Origin: Candidatus Cloacimonadales bacterium | Lineage (GTDB): Bacteria > Cloacimonadota > Cloacimonadia > Cloacimonadales > JAFGVF01 | DNA: 64,000 bases | Direction: 5' to 3' | NCBI GenBank assembly: GCA_963677495.2 | Contig: CAXXOU010000004.1 | Location: 960,001 to 1,024,000 of the forward strand | Shown: positions 38,437-50,762 of the stretch, one piece after another | Numbering within the stretch: the first letter of the stretch is position 1 | Layout of the letters: every line of letters begins with the position of its first letter | The notes under the pieces: model-generated | Database searches by the model: none | What the model saw: only the letters and a program-made list of their open reading frames with translations | Told to the model about the DNA's origin: nothing | Position numbers and translations under genes: made by a program

Positions 38437-39207
38437 TTAGATCAGCTTCTCCTTTTTCAGAATATTATGTAATCTTCTGAATGAGATATAGTGTTGTGAT
38501 AGAACTTTCTCATTATATGTAAGTGTGAAAGTTCCGTATGGGGAAGGGGCTTTTCGTGCCTCTTCCGGAGTTGTGAGTTCGTGAACTTCAATATCTATGT
38601 TCCAAGCTTTTATCTCATCCCTTAACTCATCAACCATCCTAGCTACCCAGGGACATTGTTTACTATAAAACAGATGAAGTCCCTTATAATCTTTCAAGCA
38701 AGCAGAGTTATCTAGTATCTTCGGTGCCTCAGCTTCAGTGAATTTCTTTGCAAGCAGAGTATACTTAGGTTTAGCTGTTTCAATCACTTCATACCCATTC
38801 TTTAGGAATAGATCTTTCTTAGCCATAAACGTATCATCAGATGTCAGTACAGCTATACCTTTTAAGCCTAACTCTTTAGTATCTTTTTCACACTCCTCAA
38901 TAAGCATCTTACCGAGTCCGACTCCCTGATTCTTTTTTGCACCAATGAAAATACAATGTATAAACATGTAGTCATCTGCTTCCACTGCTCTCCAGTTATA
39001 TTTTCCGGGGACATATTCTATGAAACCAGCTGCTTTCTTAACTCCATCCTGATAAGCAAGTTTGATTGTGTAACCTTCTTTAAATCTTTGATTTAGCCAT
39101 TCAATCTTCAAGTGATATGTAGGGTGCTTTTGGTTTATGTAGCAGATAACATCTTTATGCTCAAGCATATTCTCTTCAGTTATTTTTATAAAGTGGAAAT
39201 TACTCAT
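38437..39207 (-). CDS. GNAT acetyltransferase with YoaP-like C-terminal domain
   Basis: GFIEYVPG, YMFIHC, QGVGLGK, QCPW, APSPY; ATG 39207 after GGAGG. Confidence 0.8.
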   Translation of the reverse strand: MSNFHFIKITEENMLEHKDVICYINQKHPTYHLKIEWLNQRFKEGYTIKLAYQDGVKKAAGFIEYVPGKYNWRAVEADDYMFIHCIFIGAKKNQGVGLGKMLIEECEKDTKELGLKGIAVLTSDDTFMAKKDLFLKNGYEVIETAKPKYTLLAKKFTEAEAPKILDNSACLKDYKGLHLFYSKQCPWVARMVDELRDEIKAWNIDIEVHELTTPEEARKAPSPYGTFTLTYNEKVLSQHYISFRRLHNILKKEKLI

Positions 39208-39267
39208 AAATCCTCCAAAAAAGAAGGTGCCCTGTTTCAAGAGCACCAATCTTGTAAATGCAAAAAC

Positions 39268-39753
39268 TTACATGTTAATAACTTTGATTGAACCATCAGG
39301 TTTAACAAGGTTGAGAGTGTTATCACTATAAGTTCCAATCACTTTAGTTTCGTTGTTGCTCTTAAGTTCAAGGTTAGATGTTTCTTGGTTGTATACAAGT
39401 TCAAAAGATGCATCTGTACCCATTTGAACAGCTTTAAGGCTATTCTCTGTTACTTCAATCTTGTACTCAAGTCCGTCAATCTCAATGGTTTGACCATCAA
39501 GATCATTGTAAGCAAGTGGGTTAGAACCTGTCCAGAACTCAATTAAGTTTAAGAAGCATACGTCTATAAAACCTGCTACTTCATACACAGGTAATATTGT
39601 CATACCCCAGAACAGAATCTGTTCAACGAACTTGTTATCTGAAACGTTATCATTCCATTGATATACTTTTTTAGTTAAGGCAAAGTTACCGAAACAACCT
39701 GTTAGAAGTGAAACTACAATAAGTAATGAGACTAGTTTAATAATTCTTTTCAT
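39268..39753 (-). CDS. DUF3332-family lipoprotein
   Basis: Lipobox LTGC; FGNFALT...NLIEFWTGSNP. Confidence 0.8.
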   Translation of the reverse strand: MKRIIKLVSLLIVVSLLTGCFGNFALTKKVYQWNDNVSDNKFVEQILFWGMTILPVYEVAGFIDVCFLNLIEFWTGSNPLAYNDLDGQTIEIDGLEYKIEVTENSLKAVQMGTDASFELVYNQETSNLELKSNNETKVIGTYSDNTLNLVKPDGSIKVINM

Positions 39754-39817
39754 CTGTTTTCCTCCAGTTATTTGTTCATATTTATGCTTTGTTAACGAAT
39801 AAGTCAATCAAATAGTG

Positions 39818-40516
39818 CTATCTCTTCATATAGAATCTTTTCGTTTCCGGTGCAACTTTCTCTAATGAATATCGTAACATAGTTCGTGGCATCTCTTTAT
39901 AGAATTTATCAAGAAATGGAGTTAACGATGCTTCATTACGCTTCCCTATCTCTTTGAGCATCCATCCGACACCTTTTTGGACAATGTCTTCAGGGGTGTG
40001 CAGAAGTATCTCAGCGATCTTGAAGGTTGTCTCGAACTCTGCGTGCTTTATGAAATAATGTGTTGCAACTATTGCAACTCTTTGATGCCATATATTCTCA
40101 TGATTTGCCAGTTTTATCAATAAATCATGATCTTTATCATATAGCCAAGCACCGAGTAGATGTGATGCACTCATATCCACGAGGTCCCAGTTATTTACAT
40201 AGTCAAGATTCTTCAGATACAAGTCGATTATTTGTTCTTTTTCAGTTGAACGTTTGGGTTTAAATCTCATAACAAGCATTTGTAATGCAACAGAGCGATA
40301 CTCATGAATTGGTTCTTGTAGCATTTGTTCAATCTCTTCTAAAGGTAGTTTGTAATATTTCTTAATAACAGGTTTCTGATTTGGTAAAGTAACACCAATA
40401 AAAGCATCTCCTTCACCATAACCACCTTTATAAGTCTTATAGAATTTACCCAATGCTTCCACACGTCGCTTGTTTGCTTTGAGGAGCAGGGCCTTCTTAA
40501 CATCAGATATGCTCAT
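39818..40516 (-). CDS. DNA alkylation repair protein (AlkD-like)
   Basis: GYGEGDAFIGV, NNWDLVD, QKGVGWMLKEIGKR, MPRTMLRY. Confidence 0.88.
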   Translation of the reverse strand: MSISDVKKALLLKANKRRVEALGKFYKTYKGGYGEGDAFIGVTLPNQKPVIKKYYKLPLEEIEQMLQEPIHEYRSVALQMLVMRFKPKRSTEKEQIIDLYLKNLDYVNNWDLVDMSASHLLGAWLYDKDHDLLIKLANHENIWHQRVAIVATHYFIKHAEFETTFKIAEILLHTPEDIVQKGVGWMLKEIGKRNEASLTPFLDKFYKEMPRTMLRYSLEKVAPETKRFYMKR

Positions 40517-40769
40517 TGTGCTCTCCTGATTTTTGATATTATGAAACTGCTAGGTTGCTTTGGATAAGTCAACTAATAATTACCTGTTTCTTGTATGTTC
40601 ATTCAAGATTGTCATCCCGATCGAGTGAGGATACGAACCGACTACTGTAAGGAGGAGCTCGCTTACCTTCCGAAAGTTGCTCAAAAATACAAACCACGAA
40701 AAGCACTAAAAGGGGATTAGTTTCATTATTTTTCGTGGATAGATGTAAAACAAAAGTTTGAGTACAATA

Positions 40770-41405
40770 AAGATAAGTCAATACTAGAAATGTTATTTCA
40801 CTAAAGCTAACCGAGCTATCCATCGACTTCATTCATTCCGTTTCTCTCATTTCAGCTTCGCTCAGGGTGACATATCAGGAGCAGTCACCAGTGCGAGTTT
40901 ACGAGCTTGGGGAAATGCTGAAATTACAATAATCTATCTCTAAACAAACATGTTGCATTTCAGGGAGTTTGTCGGTCTGTTAAGGCAACGGACTTTCTAA
41001 AATGCTCTTTGGAGTCGGCATCTTATGGTTTTCGTCCTCGCCCCACGCTTCGCTGCGGTGCAAGTCCAAAAAAGGGCATATTTAGTGCAATTTGCAATAA
41101 CTTACAACTATGGAGTGCACCATCTGCGTTGGTGCGTCTTGTCACGAATTTGATTATTGCTACTTTTCGCTATTCGCCCATCTCCCTTCGGTCGCTATTG
41201 CGACAGCTAATGAAATGCATACGCAGTGAGTTTCCCAACAACTTAGCTACATTTCATGCCCCTTTTGCTCTCTTTTACTGCCCTTTTTATCATCGCACTG
41301 TGTACGCACTGTGACCCCACTGTGAAGGCACTGCCAACCCACTGTTTCACTGGGTGCACAGTGCGTGCACAGTGGGGAAACAGTGGGTTGACTGTGTTTT
41401 GGTAG
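40770..41405. repeat. Modular non-coding mosaic, copy 2 (inverted; order A-C-B-x-D), with 11-bp-phased array at 41296-41396
   Basis: Reverse-complement blocks of 15901-16480; linkers at 41224-41245, 41083-41104 and a degenerate one at 40889-40909. Confidence 0.9.
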
Positions 41406-41897
41406 ATGGATTATATAAACTAGGTAGTAGCATTTGTATGAAAACCTGAAAAGGAGTTAGTATAACAGAAAAGCCAAACATTGCAATCAATGTGTCCTAA
41501 TTAACAAGTCACTTACATAATGTATACATAATTAACTGAATATCAGAGTAATAGAACTAAAATCAAGCATAATTAGAAGATTATCGAAAACCATGTATAT
41601 TGAAGTTATATAGGGAGTTATGGATTTATAGTGATTGGCTAAGTGAATATAAGTTAGAAGGCTAGAAGCCAGTTATCATGGGCATCTATAGAAAAAAAGA
41701 TGCAAAAAATGATAGTGCTAACGAATAAAACTAGCTGAAATTTCCAGCAAAAAGAGGTAAGAGTGTGTTTGGTAGGGGTAAAAATAAAAAATGCGTAAAA
41801 TCGCCGTTTTTTATTGACAGCAATATCTAACTCTATAATTTGTAGCTATAATTTAACATTGAAAATTTATAAACAATAACCTATATTTTGAAAGTGA

Positions 41898-43802
<1,905 letters not shown>

Positions 43803-43812
43803 GGGGAGTGAT

Positions 43813-46299
43813 ATGTCAGATAATCCAAGAATAGTACCAATACAGATTGAAGAACAGCTTAAGAAAGCTTACATGGAATATTCCATGAGTGTTATCGTAT
43901 CAAGAGCATTACCGGATGTAAGAGATGGTTTGAAACCCTCTCAAAGAAGAATCATCTATGCTATGCATGAACTTAACCTTAAACCGGGTGGACATTATCG
44001 TAAATGTGCAAAGATTGCCGGTGACACATCAGGTAACTACCATCCACATGGTGAGCAAGTTGTATATCCAACCCTCGTTAGATTGGCTCAGCCATGGAAC
44101 ATGAGATACCCACTTATTAATGGACAGGGTAACTTCGGTTCTATTGATGGTGACCCACCTGCTGCTATGCGTTATACTGAGGCAAGACTTCAGAAGATAA
44201 CAATGGATCTTCTTCAAGACCTTGAAAAAGATACAGTGGACTTCCGTTCTAACTATGATGAAACCAGAAAAGAGCCTGAAATATTCCCAACAAGAATACC
44301 AAACCTTCTAGTTAATGGGTCAACCGGTATAGCTGTTGGTATGGCTACTAATATGGCACCACATAATATCTCAGAGATATGTGATGCTGTTGTTGCGCTT
44401 ATTGATAATCCAGAGCTTCAGCCACTTGACTTACTTGAGTATGTTCAAGGTCCTGATTTCCCAACCGGTGGATACATTGTAGGTAAAACACCTATCCACG
44501 AGTATTTTGAAACAGGAAGAGGAAAGCTTAAAGTACGCGGTAAGGCTGATATTGAAGAGAAGAAAAATGGTGATGAATTCATCGTTATCTCTGAGATTCC
44601 TTACATGGTGAACAAGACCAATCTGATTGAGAAAATTGCAGAGCTTGTAAAGATTAAGAAAATCGAAGGGATCAGTGATATTAGAGATGAATCAGGTCGT
44701 CAGGGTATGAGACTTGTTATTAAAGTTAAGCGTAATGCAGATGCATCAATTGTACTGAACAAACTCTATAAATATACACAATTACAAAATACTTTCAGTG
44801 TGATTAACCTCTGTCTTGTAGACGGTGTACCTCAGATTCTTGATATGAAATCAATGATCAATGAGTTCATACGTTTTAGACATGGTGTAATTATTAGAAG
44901 AGCTCAATATGAACTGAGAAATGCTGAAGACAGATTACATCTCTTAGAAGGTTTCAGAATTGCTCTTGATAATATTGATGAAGTTATTGCAACTATTAGA
45001 GCTTCAAAAACTACTCCTGAAGCAAATGAAAACCTAAGAGCTAAGTTTGGTTTCAGTGAACGTCAGGCAAAGGCAATTCTTGAGATGCGTTTACAACGTC
45101 TTACAGGAATGGAGAGAGATAAGATTGAAGCTGAATATAATGAGATTCTTGAAAAGATAGCAGGCTTAAAAGAACTTCTCGCAAGCAGAGAACTTCAGAT
45201 GAATCTTATCAAAGAAGAGACCATGCAGGTAAAAGAGAAATACAATGATCAGAGAGTAACTCAAATTGTTGTAGATACCGGTGACCTTTCAATAGAAGAC
45301 CTTATTCCGGAAGAGGATGTAGTTGTTACTATCTCTCATAAAGGATATATCAAACGTCAGAGTGTTGATTCATATAGAAGCCAGGGAAGAGGGGGAAGAG
45401 GACTTAAAGGTTCGAAGCTCAAAGATGAAGACTTTATTGTAAGTATCTTCATGGCTTCTACTCATGACTACATTCTATTCTTCACTAACTTTGGCCAATG
45501 CTATTGGCTGAAAGTGTATGAGATTCCGGATGGAAGTAGACAGTCTCGTGGAAAAGCGATTATTAATCTGTTACCATTAAGAGAAGGTGAGAAGATTGAA
45601 GCGTTTGTTTCAGCTAAGAATCTTAATCAAGAAGATAAGTACATTATTATGTCTACTAAGAACGGTCTTGTTAAGAAGACTGCTCTTAACAAATTCTCAA
45701 ATCCACGTTCAACAGGTATTATTGCAATCAAGCTTATTGAAGGCGATGAGCTCATTGAAGCACTTATTACTAATGGTAATGATGACATTATTTTAGCCAC
45801 AAGTCATGGTTATTGTAATAGATTCAATGAAGAGCAGGTAAGAGCTGTTGGCAGAAATTCTCAAGGTGTTAAAGGAATATCACTAAGAAATGATGATGAA
45901 GTTGTTTCAATGGTTGTAACTGACCCTGAGACTACAGATTCCTTGCTTTCAATAAGTGAAAATGGTTTTGGTAAACGTACTGATTTAAGCTCTTATATCA
46001 CAAAGAATAGAGGAACTAAAGGCGTTATTACTCTAAAGACTTCTACTAGAAACGGGAAGCTTGTATCCTTGATGAAAGTGAATGATGATGATGACTTAAT
46101 GATTGTTACTAAAAACGGAATGATTATTAGACAACATGTTTGTGAAATTAACACGATTGGAAGAAATACACAAGGTGTTACTCTAATAAATCTTAAGAAT
46201 AAAGATAAAGTATTTGACATAACTGTCATTCCTACAAATAATAATGAAGTAGACGTAATTGAGACGAAAGATGGAGATAGCGGGAAAGAAAAGGAGTAA
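43813..46299 (+). CDS. gyrA: DNA gyrase subunit A
   Basis: YHPHG, AAMRYTE, GyrA-box QGRGGRG, C-terminal pinwheel repeats. Confidence 0.95.
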   Translation: MSDNPRIVPIQIEEQLKKAYMEYSMSVIVSRALPDVRDGLKPSQRRIIYAMHELNLKPGGHYRKCAKIAGDTSGNYHPHGEQVVYPTLVRLAQPWNMRYPLINGQGNFGSIDGDPPAAMRYTEARLQKITMDLLQDLEKDTVDFRSNYDETRKEPEIFPTRIPNLLVNGSTGIAVGMATNMAPHNISEICDAVVALIDNPELQPLDLLEYVQGPDFPTGGYIVGKTPIHEYFETGRGKLKVRGKADIEEKKNGDEFIVISEIPYMVNKTNLIEKIAELVKIKKIEGISDIRDESGRQGMRLVIKVKRNADASIVLNKLYKYTQLQNTFSVINLCLVDGVPQILDMKSMINEFIRFRHGVIIRRAQYELRNAEDRLHLLEGFRIALDNIDEVIATIRASKTTPEANENLRAKFGFSERQAKAILEMRLQRLTGMERDKIEAEYNEILEKIAGLKELLASRELQMNLIKEETMQVKEKYNDQRVTQIVVDTGDLSIEDLIPEEDVVVTISHKGYIKRQSVDSYRSQGRGGRGLKGSKLKDEDFIVSIFMASTHDYILFFTNFGQCYWLKVYEIPDGSRQSRGKAIINLLPLREGEKIEAFVSAKNLNQEDKYIIMSTKNGLVKKTALNKFSNPRSTGIIAIKLIEGDELIEALITNGNDDIILATSHGYCNRFNEEQVRAVGRNSQGVKGISLRNDDEVVSMVVTDPETTDSLLSISENGFGKRTDLSSYITKNRGTKGVITLKTSTRNGKLVSLMKVNDDDDLMIVTKNGMIIRQHVCEINTIGRNTQGVTLINLKNKDKVFDITVIPTNNNEVDVIETKDGDSGKEKE

Positions 46300-46302
46300 G
46301 AG

Positions 46303-47187
46303 TTGTTAGTACAGAAATACTTTGATTCCAGACAAAAACTATTAGAGGAAAGGTTAGCTAAATACCTTGATGGTCAGAAGCAAGCTCATCCTAAGTTGAA
46401 GAAAGCTGTAAAGAGCATTCTTTTCTCAGAAGGATTACGCTGGTATCCTTTAATGGTGTTTGCTGTACATGAAATGCTTAAGGGTAAAAAGAATATAAGT
46501 TCACTTAATCCTGTAATTCCATGTGCATGTGCCCTTGAAATGGTTCATAAGGCTATGATAGTTCATAGTGCATTACCTAGCTTGAATGATGTTGATACTT
46601 TCAATAATATTAATAGCATTCATGTTGATACAGATGCAGCAACAGCCATACTTGCCGGAGATGCACTCATAACAATGGCATATGAGATTCTTACTGAAAT
46701 ATCAGACAAGGGCAAAGCCTTGAAATGCATTAGAACCATATCCAGAACATTATCATCACATGGATATATTGGTGGTGAAGCTGTTGATCAGATCTCAATC
46801 CCGAAGAATATCCGTATTAATGTATTGAAATATATATATATGAAAAAAATGGGATCTCTTCTTCAAGCTGGAACAGAAATGGCATGTATAATTAATGATA
46901 CAGAAGAAAATCTCATGATTACTCTTGGTAACTTTGCTATGAACGTAGGATTAGCTTACTATATAGTAAACGACATTCTTGATGATATCGGTAGTAGTGA
47001 TGATGAAGAGCCTGAGATTAAGATTAAAAGAAAGAACAAAACAACATATCCATCATTACTTGGACTTGAAAAAGCTAAGAAAATGGCAGAGAAGTTGATT
47101 AATGATTCAGAAAGAATGATTAAAAATATGCCACATAATGAGATATTGTTAGAGTTTGTTACTTTAATAAAGGACAGATTACCTTAA
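46303..47187 (+). CDS. Polyprenyl synthetase (IspA-like) family protein with degenerate catalytic motifs
   Basis: ACALEMVH, AILAGDAL, KTTYPSLLG retained; HDDLP replaced by HSALP and RRG absent. Confidence 0.8.
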   Translation: MLVQKYFDSRQKLLEERLAKYLDGQKQAHPKLKKAVKSILFSEGLRWYPLMVFAVHEMLKGKKNISSLNPVIPCACALEMVHKAMIVHSALPSLNDVDTFNNINSIHVDTDAATAILAGDALITMAYEILTEISDKGKALKCIRTISRTLSSHGYIGGEAVDQISIPKNIRINVLKYIYMKKMGSLLQAGTEMACIINDTEENLMITLGNFAMNVGLAYYIVNDILDDIGSSDDEEPEIKIKRKNKTTYPSLLGLEKAKKMAEKLINDSERMIKNMPHNEILLEFVTLIKDRLP

Positions 47188-47960
47188 TGATTGATATACA
47201 TAGTCATATTCTTCCTAATCTAGACGATGGGGAGAATGATGTTAATAAACTCTTAGAAATAATTAAGCAGATGTCGCAAAACGGTGTTAAAACCGTTTTT
47301 GCGACACCGCATTATCTTGAAGGGATGTATAATAATAGTTCCATAGACATAAAGAATGCACTTATGAACTTAAAGAAGTTAATCAGTGAAAACAGTATAA
47401 GTCTTGAAGTCAAACAGGGTTGTGAAGTTTATTTAACTCCAACTTCTCATGAGGATATAATCAGAGAAAACTATTGTTATGAAGGAACTAATTATTGCTT
47501 AGTTGAGTGCAATGTTAATTCGCTTGAATCAGATGTTTATAGAAGTATCTATCATATTCTAAGGAAGGGATTTCGACCAATATTAGCACATCCAGAGCGT
47601 TATCGATTCATAATGAACAGCACTCGTGCAGCAAGAGAACTCATTGAAAAAGATATATTACTTCAAGTGAATAGTGGTAGTATTCTTGGAATATATGGTA
47701 AGTCAGTAAAGAATACTGCGTGGAAGCTTTTAAATTCAGGAAAAGTTCATTTTATAGCATCAGATACACATGCTAAAGAGATTGAGTATAATCTGAAAAT
47801 AGCTTACGATAAAGTTGTTGAGCATATTGATGAAACAACTGCAGAGCTTTTGTTTAAAATCTTTCCTCAGAAAATGATGAATAATGAATCAATACCTAAA
47901 AGATATGTGGATGTAAAGACACCTCGAAAACATAAACGTGGATTCTTTGGGTGGTTTTAA
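47187..47960 (+). CDS. PHP-family protein-tyrosine phosphatase (CpsB/CapC/YwqE-like)
   Basis: MIDIHSHILP..DDG, ATPH, ILAHPERY, ASDTH. Confidence 0.88.
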   Translation: MIDIHSHILPNLDDGENDVNKLLEIIKQMSQNGVKTVFATPHYLEGMYNNSSIDIKNALMNLKKLISENSISLEVKQGCEVYLTPTSHEDIIRENYCYEGTNYCLVECNVNSLESDVYRSIYHILRKGFRPILAHPERYRFIMNSTRAARELIEKDILLQVNSGSILGIYGKSVKNTAWKLLNSGKVHFIASDTHAKEIEYNLKIAYDKVVEHIDETTAELLFKIFPQKMMNNESIPKRYVDVKTPRKHKRGFFGWF

Positions 47961-47963
47961 TTA

Positions 47964-48926
47964 ATGAGAATACTTCTTACCGGAGCTACCGGCTTTGTTG
48001 GTAAACATGTAGCAAAGAGACTTATAAATCAAAAATACTCCGTCACGGCATTAGTACGTCCCGGTACCGATAAAAAAAGGTTAGGACATCTTCAAACGTT
48101 CAGTATAGCATATTGTAATTTAACTGATATAAATCAACTGAAGAAGCATTTGAGTGATAACGAGTATGATGTAATGTTGCATATTGGTGCTTTAAGAGGT
48201 GGCAGAAAGTACAATAACAAGACATTCTTTAAAGCTAATGTGCTTGCAACAGAGATCCTCGCTGAACATGCCCTAAAATCAAAGTGTAAATTCATTTTCT
48301 GCTCCTCTGTAGGAGTCTTTGGAGCTATCCCTTTAGAACTACCTGCTAATAACTTATCCGATAGACAAGAGGATACTTACTATCATAGGACTAAGATAGA
48401 AGCTGAGAAAATAATACAAAACTTAACTTTGAAAGGGTTGGAGTCTGTTATAATCAGACCTGCTATTACCTATGGTGCAGGAGACTATGGATTCCCATAT
48501 ACACTGACTAGACTTATTGATAAGAAACTACTCCTGTTGCCAAAGCAGGACACAAAAATACATTTGACTGATATTGATTTGCTTACAGATGCATTTATTA
48601 ATGCAATCGAAATTAAGTTAAAACCTGGTGCTGAATTCATTGTGGCTGATCATGATCCTGTATCATTACATGAACTATCTGAGTTTATTTCACAGAAACT
48701 ATCTCAAAAGAAGTATCCCCAAAGCAGATTTGTTACTACAACTTTATTTAGACTAGGGGAAAGAATCGCTACAAATATGAAAAACGATCTTTGGCAATCT
48801 AGATTTCAGTTGTTAGCTTATGACTGGTATTATGATGTAAAAGAAAGTACCTCTTCTCTAAAACTTCCTATTATCAAAACTATCCCAAGTTTTAATAAAG
48901 TTATATACTGGTATCAAAATAAATAA
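47964..48926 (+). CDS. NAD-dependent epimerase/dehydratase
   Basis: TGATGFVG, SSVGVFG, YHRTK (YxxxK), IRP. Confidence 0.85.
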   Translation: MRILLTGATGFVGKHVAKRLINQKYSVTALVRPGTDKKRLGHLQTFSIAYCNLTDINQLKKHLSDNEYDVMLHIGALRGGRKYNNKTFFKANVLATEILAEHALKSKCKFIFCSSVGVFGAIPLELPANNLSDRQEDTYYHRTKIEAEKIIQNLTLKGLESVIIRPAITYGAGDYGFPYTLTRLIDKKLLLLPKQDTKIHLTDIDLLTDAFINAIEIKLKPGAEFIVADHDPVSLHELSEFISQKLSQKKYPQSRFVTTTLFRLGERIATNMKNDLWQSRFQLLAYDWYYDVKESTSSLKLPIIKTIPSFNKVIYWYQNK

Positions 48927-49768
48927 TGGCTATTCCTATTTTACATTTTTGGGAGATCTACTTTAATAATCCAGATGAAGGATTAGGATCATCATACGAA
49001 CGAATTGTCCTAAACAACAAGTTGTTAAAAGTTGTTGATGAGAATGAAATAAACAGTTTGCTAGAAGTCCCTTCGTTTGGATTTACAGGTCTAAGTGGAA
49101 TAAACTCTGTTGCAGTTGCAAAGACTGGAGTAGATGTTAGAATCATTGATAACGATTCAAGGCGATGTGCTTTGATTGAGAACATCTGGGAAAGACTTGG
49201 AGAATCAGCTAAAATCGAATATAACCCTGATTTCAATCTTGCTTCATATGAAGATGATAGTATTGATATGAGCTGGAACTTCTCAGCCATGTGGTTTCTA
49301 GAGGACATTGAGTCGTTTATCTACAATCTTACTAGAGTGACAAAGAAAGTTGTTATGATATGTGTTCCTAATGTAACAGGATTAGGATACTTAAGCCAGA
49401 AAGCATCTGGTAAAGAGGATTTGGCTAAACTATTAAACGAGCATTTCATCAATAGAGAGCTAATTGTATCGTTAATGCTCAAGAATAATTGGCAACTTAT
49501 TGATCATGATTATATTGATTGTCCTCCTTGGCCAGACATTGGAATGTCAAAAGAGAAATTCCTAAAGAAGCTAGGACTAGGTATGCTTGTGAAAGAGAAG
49601 CAAGAGGTTAAAGAACCAACAACAATACTAGATTATTATAATGGGGTTAACCCTAAATTTGCTGAAGAGATGATGCAATTTTATTGGCTTGAAAAATACG
49701 CCCCAAGAGTTTTTAAACGATTTTGGGCTCATCACTATTATTTGATATTTAAACCGGGAAATGAATAA
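48926..49768 (+). CDS. Hypothetical protein, possibly class I SAM-methyltransferase-like fold
   Basis: LLEVP..G.TG, D.SIDMSWNF and ICVPN segments resemble methyltransferase strands; translationally coupled. Confidence 0.5.
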   Translation: MAIPILHFWEIYFNNPDEGLGSSYERIVLNNKLLKVVDENEINSLLEVPSFGFTGLSGINSVAVAKTGVDVRIIDNDSRRCALIENIWERLGESAKIEYNPDFNLASYEDDSIDMSWNFSAMWFLEDIESFIYNLTRVTKKVVMICVPNVTGLGYLSQKASGKEDLAKLLNEHFINRELIVSLMLKNNWQLIDHDYIDCPPWPDIGMSKEKFLKKLGLGMLVKEKQEVKEPTTILDYYNGVNPKFAEEMMQFYWLEKYAPRVFKRFWAHHYYLIFKPGNE

Positions 49769-50762
49769 GTCTGTTACTTCTGCCTTAATTGGTTTAGTCT
49801 TAGGAATACTTTTAATATCTGTTTGGATTCAATTCATTGATATTGGAATTGTTACTTCACATATCATGGAAATCAATTGGAAATACGTGCTATTTTCAGG
49901 ATTGGCATATATTTCGGCATATTTTATAAGATCTTTACGCTGGAATCTGTTGATTTCTATTGAGAAGCCTATATCGATAATAAGGACATATTGTTATTCC
50001 TTATCAGGTAATTTGATTAACTATCTAATACCTATTAGAGCAGGAGAGGTTGCTAAACCTTTTTTCCTTTTGAAGAATGATGGTATTAAGGTAAGTAGAT
50101 CATTACCAACAGTTATTGTGGATAAATTCTTTGATTCAATTGGAATTTTCCTAGTACTAATCCTTATACCAATATTGAATATAAGCATCTCAAAAGCCAT
50201 GTTAACTCTGATTATACTACTGATCTCAGTCTTTATTATAGGTTTATTAGTTCTACTAATTGCAAGTATTAAGCCTCAGATTATGGGACGTTTGATTGAG
50301 CTGGCTTTCTTTTGGGCTCCACAGAAGTTAAGAACAAAGATTTTGGATGGTATTCATAGTTTTCTAGATGGTTTCGCTATTTTAACAAAGAGAACAAAGC
50401 TTATTTTTCCATTAGCCTTACTAACGTTCGTAGGTGTTTTTCTTGACGCATTGTATTTTTATCTTGTCTTTTTTGCTTTTGGAGCAAATATTAGTTTTAT
50501 CATTATTTTGTTTGGGTATACATTAATAAACTTATCATATGCTTTACCACAAACACCTGCCCAGATTGGTACAAATGAATGGATGATGGCAGTTATCTTT
50601 AGTGCCGGGTTTGGGGTAGATAAGAACCTTTCAGCAGCAATTATGGCTTTTGCTCATTTGTTTACAGCTATAATACTGATTGTTAGTGGTGCGATTGCAC
50701 TTTCTTATACAAGAAATAGCATTTTCGAAATTTTTAAAAAGAGGAGCAGTGTTAATGAGTAA
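49761..50762 (+). CDS. Lysylphosphatidylglycerol-synthase TM / UPF0104 flippase-like membrane protein
   Basis: RSLRW, NYLIPIRAGE, DKFFD, PQTPAQIGTNE; multiple TM helices. Confidence 0.8.
   Translation: MNKSVTSALIGLVLGILLISVWIQFIDIGIVTSHIMEINWKYVLFSGLAYISAYFIRSLRWNLLISIEKPISIIRTYCYSLSGNLINYLIPIRAGEVAKPFFLLKNDGIKVSRSLPTVIVDKFFDSIGIFLVLILIPILNISISKAMLTLIILLISVFIIGLLVLLIASIKPQIMGRLIELAFFWAPQKLRTKILDGIHSFLDGFAILTKRTKLIFPLALLTFVGVFLDALYFYLVFFAFGANISFIIILFGYTLINLSYALPQTPAQIGTNEWMMAVIFSAGFGVDKNLSAAIMAFAHLFTAIILIVSGAIALSYTRNSIFEIFKKRSSVNE

Noticed and set aside
40693..40738. CCACGAAAA...TTTTCGTGG palindrome as an independent element
   Set aside because: Short single occurrence inside a repeat-rich region; insufficient support
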